Shown piece after piece: positions 19,610-30,006 of a stretch of 64,000 bases of DNA. The DNA is from an uncultured Bacillales bacterium (lineage in GTDB: Bacteria > Bacillota_I > Bacilli_A > RFN20 > CAG-288): assembly GCA_905211645.1 (NCBI GenBank), contig CAJMBK010000001.1:155331-219330 (forward strand). The letters run 5' to 3'. The position numbers were made by a program, and so were the translations under genes. Positions within the stretch are counted from its first letter, which is position 1. Each line of letters opens with the position of its first letter. The notes beneath the pieces were generated by a model that was not told the origin of the DNA, ran no database searches, and saw only the letters and a list, made by a program, of their open reading frames with translations.

Positions 19610-19810
19610 TTAATCTTTGACATCATACTTTTGAATTTCATTTTCATCGTAGTCATAAACACCTATAGTATTATAGTTTTTATCAAATAATTCACATGTA
19701 TAAGCATTAAAGTCAGTATAAACGTGAACAATACAACCAATTGTTCCTTTTGGTATATTGTTTTTATTAACTAATGTGATTACTGAATCAAATTCTTTTA
19801 GTTTTTCCAT
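19610..19810 (-). CDS. Small DUF4926-like protein (66 aa)
   Basis: MEKLKEFDSVITLVNKNNIPKGTIGCIVHVYTD...TCELFDKNYNTIGVYDYDENEI. Strong RBS (AGGAGA) 8 nt upstream of the ATG. Confidence 0.5.
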   Translation of the reverse strand: MEKLKEFDSVITLVNKNNIPKGTIGCIVHVYTDFNAYTCELFDKNYNTIGVYDYDENEIQKYDVKD

Positions 19811-19826
19811 TTTTTATAATCTCCTA

Positions 19827-19988
19827 TTTTAAATAATTCGTTATTATTCTTGGAATTGTTTTGTCTTTATCTTTTTGATAAACAACGACAACTTTTAAAA
19901 ATGTCCTATTTCTCTCTAAAACAAAAAATGTTTGTACACCCATAGAATAAGTTCTAAGAATGTATCAAACATGTTGTTCTCATATGGC
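19827..19988. repeat. Repeat B copy 2 (leader of the DUF4926 genes, abutting the tRNA-Ser 3' end)
   Basis: See repeat B copy 1. Confidence 0.8.
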
Positions 19989-20075
19989 GGAGTAAGAGAG
20001 GTTCGAACTCTCGCACACCTTACGGTGTCTACGTACTTAGCAGGCACGCCTCTTCACCAACTTGAGTATTACTCC
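19985..20075 (-). tRNA. tRNA-Ser (anticodon GCT), 91 nt, CCA encoded
   Basis: Reverse complement GGAGTAATACTCAAGTTGGTGAAGAGGCGTGCCTGCTAAGTACGTAGACACCGTAAGGTGTGCGAGAGTTCGAACCTCTCTTACTCCGCCA. 7-bp acceptor stem, D arm, anticodon loop CTGCTAA, long variable arm, T arm GTTCGAACC. Confidence 0.85.
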
Positions 20076-20222
20076 AAAATTTGCTTTTTTATTATCTAAA
20101 ATATCGGTTTTTAAGTCAATGAATAATATTTGGCAGTTAGTGTAAATGTGTCATGTTTCTAATATTATCTAAGAAAGAAATTGATACTAAAAATATTAAA
20201 ATAAAAGAAGAGAGGTTTAATC

Positions 20223-21242
20223 ATGATCTACCCAAGATTTCTTAAAAAAGGTGATAAAGTTGCAGTAACTGCACCAAGTGCTGGTATCGTTGATCCAATT
20301 AAAATCAACACTTTTAAAAATGCTAAAAAAGAACTTAAGAATCGTTATGATTTAGATGTTTTCTTCTCTGAAAACGTCTTTAGAGATGATGGAACTGGCC
20401 GTTCATCATCCGGGTTTGAAAGAGGCTATCAATTCAATGAATTAGTTAGCTTAAAATTCCCTTGGATTATTGGAGCGACCGGTGGTGACTTTTTAGTTGA
20501 AATGTTAGATTATGTAGATTATGCAAATTTTGCAGAAAATCCATGCTGGGTTCAAGGTTATTCCGATTTAACTTCACTTCTTTATTCAATTACGACAATC
20601 TGCGATGTTGCAACAATTTATGGAACTAATTTTTCAATCTTTGGAATGGAAGAATATGGTCAACCTCATTTTGATAATATCAAACTTCTTTTTGGTGAAA
20701 CAAAAGAATTTCACAACTACGAAAAATATGAGGATGGTTTCCAAGAGAAAGTAACCGGTCTTGAATACTTCAATATGACTGAGAAAACAGTATGGAAAAA
20801 TGCACATAACGAAAATAAAGTCACTTTCTCAGGAAGACTTTTAGGTGGTTGCACAGAAATTATTTTTGCTTTAATTGGTACTCCATATGAAAGAACAAAA
20901 GAATTCTGCGAGAAGTATAAAAATGATGGAATCATCTTCTACTTTGAAACCTTTGCTTCAAACGATAACGATATGTACCTCCATCTCTGGCAGATGAAGA
21001 AAGCAGGATTTTTCAAATACTGCAAAGGTATCATGTTTGGTCGTCCACTCTTTTATAATTCAATGAGAAATGAATCCTATCAGGATGTTTGTTTATCGGC
21101 ACTTGATTCACTTAACATCCCAATTATCTTCGATGTGGATATCGGACACAAAGCACCACAACTTCCAATCGTAAATGGTGCTTATGCCACCGTACATTCT
21201 GAGGATGGAAACGGTTATATTAAATACGAGTTTTTAAAGTAA
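20223..21242 (+). CDS. LD-carboxypeptidase (peptidase S66; LdcA/MccF-like)
   Basis: N-terminal LKKGDKVAVTAPS and the catalytic-Ser motif GYSDLTSLL typical of S66 enzymes. Confidence 0.8.
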   Translation: MIYPRFLKKGDKVAVTAPSAGIVDPIKINTFKNAKKELKNRYDLDVFFSENVFRDDGTGRSSSGFERGYQFNELVSLKFPWIIGATGGDFLVEMLDYVDYANFAENPCWVQGYSDLTSLLYSITTICDVATIYGTNFSIFGMEEYGQPHFDNIKLLFGETKEFHNYEKYEDGFQEKVTGLEYFNMTEKTVWKNAHNENKVTFSGRLLGGCTEIIFALIGTPYERTKEFCEKYKNDGIIFYFETFASNDNDMYLHLWQMKKAGFFKYCKGIMFGRPLFYNSMRNESYQDVCLSALDSLNIPIIFDVDIGHKAPQLPIVNGAYATVHSEDGNGYIKYEFLK

Positions 21243-21306
21243 TTTAATATATAATATAGAAAGTATAGCGATTTCATGAAATTGTTATCTGCAAAGGAGC
21301 TCCATT

Positions 21307-21612
21307 ATGGTTATTAATGATTTAGTTGATGTTGTTGCCTCAAAGGCAAGATTAACCAAGAAAGATGCAACTGCTGCTATTAATGCGATCTTTGCTAGTA
21401 TCGCTGAAGGTCTTGCTAGTGGTGAGGAAGTTAAAATTTCCGGCTTTGGTCAATTTGTTGTCAAAGAAACAAAAGCAAGAGTTGGTATCAATCCAACAAC
21501 CAAGGAAAGAATTAACATTCCTGAGTCAAAGAAAGTCACCTTCAAGCCAAGCAGAACATTGAAGACCCTTGTTAGAGATACTGAAGTAGATGATTCAGAT
21601 ATCGATGAGTAA
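21307..21612 (+). CDS. hup: HU-family DNA-binding protein with a short acidic C-terminal tail
   Basis: GFGQF..ARVGINPTT..I.IPE motif region. RBS AAGGAG. Confidence 0.9.
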   Translation: MVINDLVDVVASKARLTKKDATAAINAIFASIAEGLASGEEVKISGFGQFVVKETKARVGINPTTKERINIPESKKVTFKPSRTLKTLVRDTEVDDSDIDE

Positions 21613-21702
21613 TATTTAGACGAAAAATAAAAGTAAGTTAAAGTTTTATTTTGATTAATGAGTGGATATACTAAAATATATCCACTTTTTTTGGAGGTGA
21701 TT

Positions 21703-22335
21703 ATGGAATTTTATTCTACTGATATCAAATGGCGTTCTCTTTTAATTAGACTTTATAAAAAGTACGGATTAAATGACTTAGATTTAGCCGTTATTTTTGT
21801 CATTGATGAACTTATCACCATGGATAGATTCGCAATTATCACTCCTGAAAATATCTCTGAATATATGACTTCATCTGAAGATGATATTGATAGTTCCATC
21901 TCTAGATTGATTGAAAAAGGTTATTTAGAAACAAAAACTGATAACAATTTTGAACTTAAATACTCACTTAAACCTTTATTTAAAAAGATTCTTGATGATT
22001 TGAAAAAAGATATCATCATCGAAGATAAAATTGAACTTTCCGAAGCAATTAACTCCGAAGTTAATGTCTACACAGGTTTGGAACAAATTTTAGGTCGCTC
22101 GTTAGCTCCAGTTGATAAAAGAAAAATTGATACTTTACTTTCTTCTGGAATTTCCAAGGAAGATATTTTGTCCACCGCAGAATTTTTAAGTGATAATAAT
22201 GATTTAACTATTTCCCGATTAAAGACAGTTTTAACTAAGCAGAAGAAAGAGAAAAAGACCGCAAAACAAGTTCTTAAGGATGAGGATAAAGAAGCTGAAG
22301 ATTTACTTATCAACTTCAATTATTTAGATGAATAA
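21703..22335 (+). CDS. DnaD-domain replication initiation / membrane-attachment protein (DnaD-like)
   Basis: Winged-helix-like N-terminus and DnaD-like C-terminal domain. Immediately upstream of nth, as in the Bacillus dnaD-nth arrangement. Start chosen at the ATG after GGAGGTG (the track start at 21658 is upstream of it). Confidence 0.5.
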   Translation: MEFYSTDIKWRSLLIRLYKKYGLNDLDLAVIFVIDELITMDRFAIITPENISEYMTSSEDDIDSSISRLIEKGYLETKTDNNFELKYSLKPLFKKILDDLKKDIIIEDKIELSEAINSEVNVYTGLEQILGRSLAPVDKRKIDTLLSSGISKEDILSTAEFLSDNNDLTISRLKTVLTKQKKEKKTAKQVLKDEDKEAEDLLINFNYLDE

Positions 22336-22996
22336 AAAAGAAAAATTTGATATTCTTGTTGCTTTTATTAAAGATAGATACGGCAAGCAAGAAACATTTT
22401 TGCATTACAACAAAGACTATGAGCTTTTGATTGCAATCATTCTTTCCGCTCAAGCAAAAGATGATGTAGTTAATAAGGTTACAAAGATACTTTTTGAAAA
22501 ATACAACTCTTTAGAAGAATTAAAAAATGCTTCTTATGATGACGTATTTGAGATTATGAAATACGTTGGATTAGGTAAGAATAAAACTAACTTTGTTATT
22601 AAAACAGCACAAATTTTAGTCGATAAGTATCATGGAGTAATTCCTCTTGATCGAAAAGAGTTGATGACCTTACCTGGAGTTGGCTCCAAAGTTGCTGGAG
22701 TTTTCTTGGGTGAAATTTACAATTATCCATATTTACCAGTTGATACTCATATTCAAAGAATTGCTAAAAGATTGGAGTTTGTCAAAAAAGATGACACTCC
22801 AGATGAGATTGAAAAGAAATTATTAAAATTGCTCGACAAAAATGAAAATAGCATGGACATCCATAGGAATTTGATTTCTTTTGGTCGTGAAATATGCCTA
22901 AGTGGACGTTCAAGAAACTGCTATATGTGTCCACTAGAAAAGATTTGTAAGAATAAACAGTTATCAACTTCTAAGAAATCAAACGTTAAAAGCTGA
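22328..22996 (+). CDS. nth: Endonuclease III
   Basis: HhH-GPD fold (LPGVGSKVAG) and a C-terminal 4Fe-4S cluster CLSGRSRNCYMCPLEKIC. Confidence 0.9.
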   Translation: MNKKEKFDILVAFIKDRYGKQETFLHYNKDYELLIAIILSAQAKDDVVNKVTKILFEKYNSLEELKNASYDDVFEIMKYVGLGKNKTNFVIKTAQILVDKYHGVIPLDRKELMTLPGVGSKVAGVFLGEIYNYPYLPVDTHIQRIAKRLEFVKKDDTPDEIEKKLLKLLDKNENSMDIHRNLISFGREICLSGRSRNCYMCPLEKICKNKQLSTSKKSNVKS

Positions 22997-23539
22997 ATCA
23001 ACTGCAGAGAGAAAATCTACTCTTGGGTTGATTTTTTGTTTGACTTCAACTGCGTATCTATCCAAGAATTCAATGGTGAATCTTGTAGTTTTTTCTTCAA
23101 CAGCAATCTTTAAAACATCACTTGGAATCAAATAAATTTTCTCTTGATATGACATCTCTAAAAGGATGAAACTGAGTCCACCTAACTCAGCTACTTTTAG
23201 GAGATGATTAATTTGATGTTCTTTAATTTGGTTGACTAAAAAGTACTCATTGAGAGTTCTTTTACATTCAAAATCTATGTATTTTCCCTTGTAAACTCCA
23301 ACGAAATCTGTTGTGGATTTCTCAACAAAAGAGCCAACAAAGTGTTTTTCATTAACTTTTTTGATGATTTTTGTTGGAGTAGGACGTTTATAAATTAATG
23401 CTTTATCAATTTCTTTGTAATAGTTACAGCTTTGAATTACTTCCTCTTCAAAGTCCAATCCGATATTGGAACTATCGAGATGGGCTTGCTTTGAAAAGGT
23501 GTTATCAGCTCTTCCGTCAGGATATTTTATTTTTTGCAT
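22979..23539 (-). CDS. recU: Holliday-junction resolvase RecU
   Basis: Strong similarity to B. subtilis RecU as I recall it: IKYPDGR; YYKEIDKALIYKRPTPTKI; STTDFVGVYKGKYIDFECKRT (PD-(D/E)xK core). Confidence 0.85.
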   Translation of the reverse strand: MQKIKYPDGRADNTFSKQAHLDSSNIGLDFEEEVIQSCNYYKEIDKALIYKRPTPTKIIKKVNEKHFVGSFVEKSTTDFVGVYKGKYIDFECKRTLNEYFLVNQIKEHQINHLLKVAELGGLSFILLEMSYQEKIYLIPSDVLKIAVEEKTTRFTIEFLDRYAVEVKQKINPRVDFLSAVDSAFNV

Positions 23540-25143
23540 CTATTTTGGTAGTTTAAGCAAGCCTCAACAAATCCCTTGAAAAGAGGATGTGGTTGTAAAA
23601 TTCTAGATTTAAGTTCTGGGTGAGCTTGAGTAGCGATGTAGAATGTGCAATTTGTATTTTCAATAAATTCAACTAAACCTGTAGGGGTGTTGGTACCGAC
23701 AATCTTAAGACCATTTTCTTCAAGTTCAGTGATATATTTTGGGTTGACTTCATATCTATGTCTATGACGTTCGGAAATGTATTTTTGGTTGTAAAGTGAG
23801 TAACAAATAGAACTTGATCTTAATTTACAGTCATAAGCACCAAGTCTTAAAGTACCACCGATATTTCCATTTTCATCCTGATTACCTAATAAACAGATAA
23901 CTGGATTTGCAGTTTTCTTGTTGAATTCGGTACTATTTGCATCTTTATAATTCAAAACATCACGAGCAAATTCGATGACGGAAACTTGTAAACCTAAGCA
24001 GAGACCTAAGAAAGGAATGTTGTGTTCTCTTGCGTATTTACAAGCAAGAATCATACCTTCAATACCTCTTTCACCGAAACCTCCAGGAACTAATATACCA
24101 TCAACATTGGCTAATTTCTTTTCGATGTTATTCTCATTTAAGTTTGTGGATTCGACCCAAACAAGATCGGTTTTAACCTTTTTATCGATACCGCCGTGGT
24201 GTAAAGCTTCAACAACAGAAAGGTAGGCATCATGAAGTTTTGTATACTTACCAACAATAGCAATTTTAACTTTATGTTCAGGGTTTTTAAGCGCAAAAAC
24301 TGCTTTATTTAAAGGCTCTAAATGAGCATCAGATTTTGCAACATTCATATCATCAAGGATTGTTTCATCAATTTTTAATGCGTGGAATTGAAGTGGAACT
24401 TCATAGATTGATTCCATGTTTAAATTCTCGAAAACATGGTTTTGTCTGACGTTGCAGAAAAGGGAAATTTTAGCTCTAATTTCATCATCGATTGGGTAAT
24501 CACTTCTTAAGATGATGATATCTGCTTGCAAACCTCTTTCTTGAAGCATCTTAACTGATTGTTGAACTGGTTTTGTTTTAAGTTCTTTACTTGCTTCAAG
24601 GAATGGGATTAAAGCAACGTGAATTAAAATTGTGTCATTTTTAGGAAGTTGATTTCTAAATTGTCTGACTGCTTCGATGTAAGGTTCGGATTCCATATCA
24701 CCGACGGTACCACCGATTTCAATTAAACAAAATGTGACGTTCTCGCTAGGAGTTTCTTCTTTGTAAAAGTGTGAGATTATCTGGTTTGTAATATGTGGAA
24801 TAACTTGAACAGTATTTCCATGATAGTCGCCTTTGCGTTCTTTTTGCATGACTTCATAGTAGATTCTGCCTGTTGTGATGTTTGAATTTTGATTCAAAGA
24901 TTCGTTGATAAATCTTTCGTAATGACCTAAGTCTAAGTCAGTTTCAGCACCATCGTCGGTAACGAAACATTCACCATGTTGAATTGGATTCATGGTGCCA
25001 GCGTCAAAGTTAATATAAGGGTCAAACTTTTGCATTGTGACTTTGTAGCCACGGCTCTTTAAAAGCAAACCTAAAGATGCGGAGGTGATTCCTTTACCTA
25101 AGCCGGAAACAACACCACCAGTAATAAATATATATTTAACCAT
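23527..25143 (-). CDS. pyrG: CTP synthase
   Basis: MVKYIFITGGVVSGLGKGI N-terminus. GATase domain with GLCLGLQ. 538 aa. Confidence 0.95.
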   Translation of the reverse strand: MVKYIFITGGVVSGLGKGITSASLGLLLKSRGYKVTMQKFDPYINFDAGTMNPIQHGECFVTDDGAETDLDLGHYERFINESLNQNSNITTGRIYYEVMQKERKGDYHGNTVQVIPHITNQIISHFYKEETPSENVTFCLIEIGGTVGDMESEPYIEAVRQFRNQLPKNDTILIHVALIPFLEASKELKTKPVQQSVKMLQERGLQADIIILRSDYPIDDEIRAKISLFCNVRQNHVFENLNMESIYEVPLQFHALKIDETILDDMNVAKSDAHLEPLNKAVFALKNPEHKVKIAIVGKYTKLHDAYLSVVEALHHGGIDKKVKTDLVWVESTNLNENNIEKKLANVDGILVPGGFGERGIEGMILACKYAREHNIPFLGLCLGLQVSVIEFARDVLNYKDANSTEFNKKTANPVICLLGNQDENGNIGGTLRLGAYDCKLRSSSICYSLYNQKYISERHRHRYEVNPKYITELEENGLKIVGTNTPTGLVEFIENTNCTFYIATQAHPELKSRILQPHPLFKGFVEACLNYQNRCKK

Positions 25144-25340
25144 ATTAAAACCTCACTCTGGATATATATTTTAAACCGAAAAATACCGAAAATAAATATA
25201 TTTTTAGCATTTGAACACAAATTGAACACTATTTGAATATTATTTGAAAATCTGATAAAACTCATTATTTTTACCACCATATAATAAAGATTTAAAGTCT
25301 ATAAATGGTATAATTTATAAGCGTGTTTGAGGAAAAGATT

Positions 25341-27689
25341 ATGTTAGTTGATTACAAAAACCAATTAAACTCTGAGCAGTTTGAGGCTGTCACTTCTCCA
25401 GCTAAAAAATTAAGAATTATCGCTGGCGCTGGTACCGGTAAAACTAGGGTTTTAACTTATAGAGTTTGTTATCTGATAGACGAATTAAAGTACAATCCAA
25501 GTAACATTGTCTGCATCACTTTCACCAACAAAGTTGCAAAAGAGATGCAAGATAGAGTCAACAAGTTACTCACTGATGTCTATCCTGGTTCAGAAAGACC
25601 AATTATCTCAACATTCCATTCTTTTGCTTTAAGGTTGTTGAAGATTTTTGCTGATAAAGTCCCAGGTTACAAGAAAGATTTTTCAATCATCGATGATGAA
25701 GACCAGTACAAAGCATATTTTGCATCTATTGCCTCCAGCAAATATTTGCATGATTTAACAAAAAATGAGATTAAAGTTTTCAAAGCAATCATCTCCAAGT
25801 TAAAAAATAACGGCATCACTGCCGCTGAGATGACTGAAGATGATGTCGAGCATTCCGTTGATAAACTTTACTCTTATGAAAACATCAAGGAAGTTTACAC
25901 ACTTTATTCCGCTTATTTGAAGAAAGTCAATGTCATGGACTATGACGATTTACTTCTTTACGCAGAACTTTTAGTTGAAACTTACGCAGATATCAAGGCT
26001 TACTGCCAAAGAAAATTCAAATGTATTTTGGTTGATGAATTCCAAGATACCAACTGGATTCAATTCAGATTCTTATCTGAAATCTGCACTGATGAAACTA
26101 TGCTTACTGTTGTCGGCGACCCTGATCAAACAATCTACACCTGGCGTGGTGCTGATAATACAATTATCAACAAATCAATCAAGAAGACATTCTCTGATTT
26201 AGTTGATGTTCCACTTATCAAGAACTACAGATCTGCACCTCAAATTATTCAATATGCAAATAATTTGATTCAAAATAATTCCAACAGAATTCCTAAGATA
26301 CTTGAAGCAATTCTAGAACAAACTGAAGAATTTGGTCCTGAATGTGTTGAATGCTACACTTTAGTTGATTCTGAATCTGAAGCAATCTTCATTTCCGAGA
26401 GAATCAAAGAGATGGTCAGTGAAAAGAAGATCAAATATTCCGATGTGGCTATCATCTATCGTGCAAACTACCTTTCTCGTGTTCTTGAAAAACGTTTGAA
26501 CGAAAAAGGCATCCCATACAACGTTTACGGTGGTATCAAATACTTTGAACGTGCTGAAATTAAGGATGCTTTGGCTTATATGAAACTCTTAGTCAATGTC
26601 GATGATGACATCGCCTTTGAAAGAGTTATGAAGTCTCCTTCCAGAGGTGCTGGTGATGTCGTTTTCACCAGAGCAAGAGAAATTAGCGATGCTAAAAAGA
26701 TTTCTCTTTACACCGTCTTTGAAAAGGAAGAACTCAAAAAGACCAAAGGTACAACTGCTTCGATGGAGATTTTTTTCAAAGCATACAACAAGTGCAAAGA
26801 TAGAATCGCCGTCAATCCTCATGATGGAAATATAGTTGTTAATGCAATTAAAACCTTGTTTGAAGAAACAGGTTTTATGAAGTATTTACGTGATGAAGAT
26901 GAAAAGAAGGATTCTTCATCCACAAGTAAAGTTGATAACGTCATTGAACTTTTAGATTCACTCTCCAAGTTCTTTGAAAAGGATCAAGACAATCATTACC
27001 TTCAAAATCTTGAAGAGGAGCCTTCACTTCAACTCTTCTTGCAACAAACAAGTTTGCAATCAGCTCAAGATGACATCACTGACTCCGAAGGTCAAGTTTC
27101 TTTGATGACAGTTCACGTTGCTAAAGGACTTGAATTCAAAGTAGTCTTCGTTGTCGGCTTAGTTGAAAATATCTTCCCAAGTGTTCATAAGAATAATTCT
27201 GAAGAGGACATGGAGGAAGAAAGAAGATTGCTTTTCGTTGCTATGACAAGAGCAAAGAAATATTTGGTTTTGACGACTTATGGTGGTTACTCCAAAGTTA
27301 ACCAAGGAAATAACATTCCATCCCGTTTCTTGGAAGAAACTCAAATTAAAATCACTCACAAGAGAAAGAACCTCGACAACTTGCGTTTAGTTGGTGACTA
27401 CACCAACAACAGAGGTGTCACATCCTACACAGATGAATCATGGCAGAAGAAATCTGCTTCACGCAATGCTAAGAAGGTTGAAGAAAGAGAAACTCCACAA
27501 AAATTTGGTAATATCAACGTTTCTACAACATCAGATAACTACGCAATCGGCGACAAGATTCAACACGATAAATACGGTGTTGGTACTGTTGTTGCCTTGA
27601 AAGATGGCGGTAAGATCTCAGTTCAATTTGATCCAGAAACTGGTATTAAGACTTTAGTTATTGGCTTTAAAGCCTTTAGAAAGATTTAA
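25341..27689 (+). CDS. pcrA: ATP-dependent DNA helicase PcrA
   Basis: UvrD-family motifs (AGAGTGKTRVLTYR). Followed directly by ligA and gatCAB, the conserved pcrA-ligA-gatCAB arrangement. Start placed at the ATG after GAGGAAAAG. Confidence 0.9.
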   Translation: MLVDYKNQLNSEQFEAVTSPAKKLRIIAGAGTGKTRVLTYRVCYLIDELKYNPSNIVCITFTNKVAKEMQDRVNKLLTDVYPGSERPIISTFHSFALRLLKIFADKVPGYKKDFSIIDDEDQYKAYFASIASSKYLHDLTKNEIKVFKAIISKLKNNGITAAEMTEDDVEHSVDKLYSYENIKEVYTLYSAYLKKVNVMDYDDLLLYAELLVETYADIKAYCQRKFKCILVDEFQDTNWIQFRFLSEICTDETMLTVVGDPDQTIYTWRGADNTIINKSIKKTFSDLVDVPLIKNYRSAPQIIQYANNLIQNNSNRIPKILEAILEQTEEFGPECVECYTLVDSESEAIFISERIKEMVSEKKIKYSDVAIIYRANYLSRVLEKRLNEKGIPYNVYGGIKYFERAEIKDALAYMKLLVNVDDDIAFERVMKSPSRGAGDVVFTRAREISDAKKISLYTVFEKEELKKTKGTTASMEIFFKAYNKCKDRIAVNPHDGNIVVNAIKTLFEETGFMKYLRDEDEKKDSSSTSKVDNVIELLDSLSKFFEKDQDNHYLQNLEEEPSLQLFLQQTSLQSAQDDITDSEGQVSLMTVHVAKGLEFKVVFVVGLVENIFPSVHKNNSEEDMEEERRLLFVAMTRAKKYLVLTTYGGYSKVNQGNNIPSRFLEETQIKITHKRKNLDNLRLVGDYTNNRGVTSYTDESWQKKSASRNAKKVEERETPQKFGNINVSTTSDNYAIGDKIQHDKYGVGTVVALKDGGKISVQFDPETGIKTLVIGFKAFRKI

Positions 27690-29705
<2,016 letters not shown>

Positions 29706-30005
29706 ATGAGAAAAGTTACTAAAGAAGTTTTAAAAAGTTGTGCTGAAAACTTACTTTTCGAGATTGACGAAGATAATTTGAATAAATTATTGGAAGATTT
29801 TGATGCTTTATTGGCTCAAATCAATTATTTGCAAGCAATCGAAAATGTCGATGATATGACACCTATGGCTTTCCCATATGAATATCATCAAACTTATTTA
29901 AGACCAGATGTTCCTGGTGCTGCAACTAAAGCAGATAAAGTTTTAAAGATTGCAAAGAACAAGTTTGCAGATCAAATTAAAGTTAGTAAGGTTATTGGAG
30001 AGTAA
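29706..30005 (+). CDS. gatC: Glutamyl/aspartyl-tRNA amidotransferase subunit C
   Basis: 99 aa. Position immediately before gatA. GatC-like helical pattern. Confidence 0.75.
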   Translation: MRKVTKEVLKSCAENLLFEIDEDNLNKLLEDFDALLAQINYLQAIENVDDMTPMAFPYEYHQTYLRPDVPGAATKADKVLKIAKNKFADQIKVSKVIGE

Positions 30006-30006
30006 T

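Noticed and set aside
16938-20222. Classical tRNA-integrated element (prophage/ICE) with attL/attR
   Set aside because: There is no integrase, recombinase, relaxase or phage structural gene. The direct repeats are long (170-220 bp), degenerate, and represent duplicated gene leaders and tails rather than a short att core containing the tRNA 3' half. Only 4 nt (GCCA) of the tRNA are shared.
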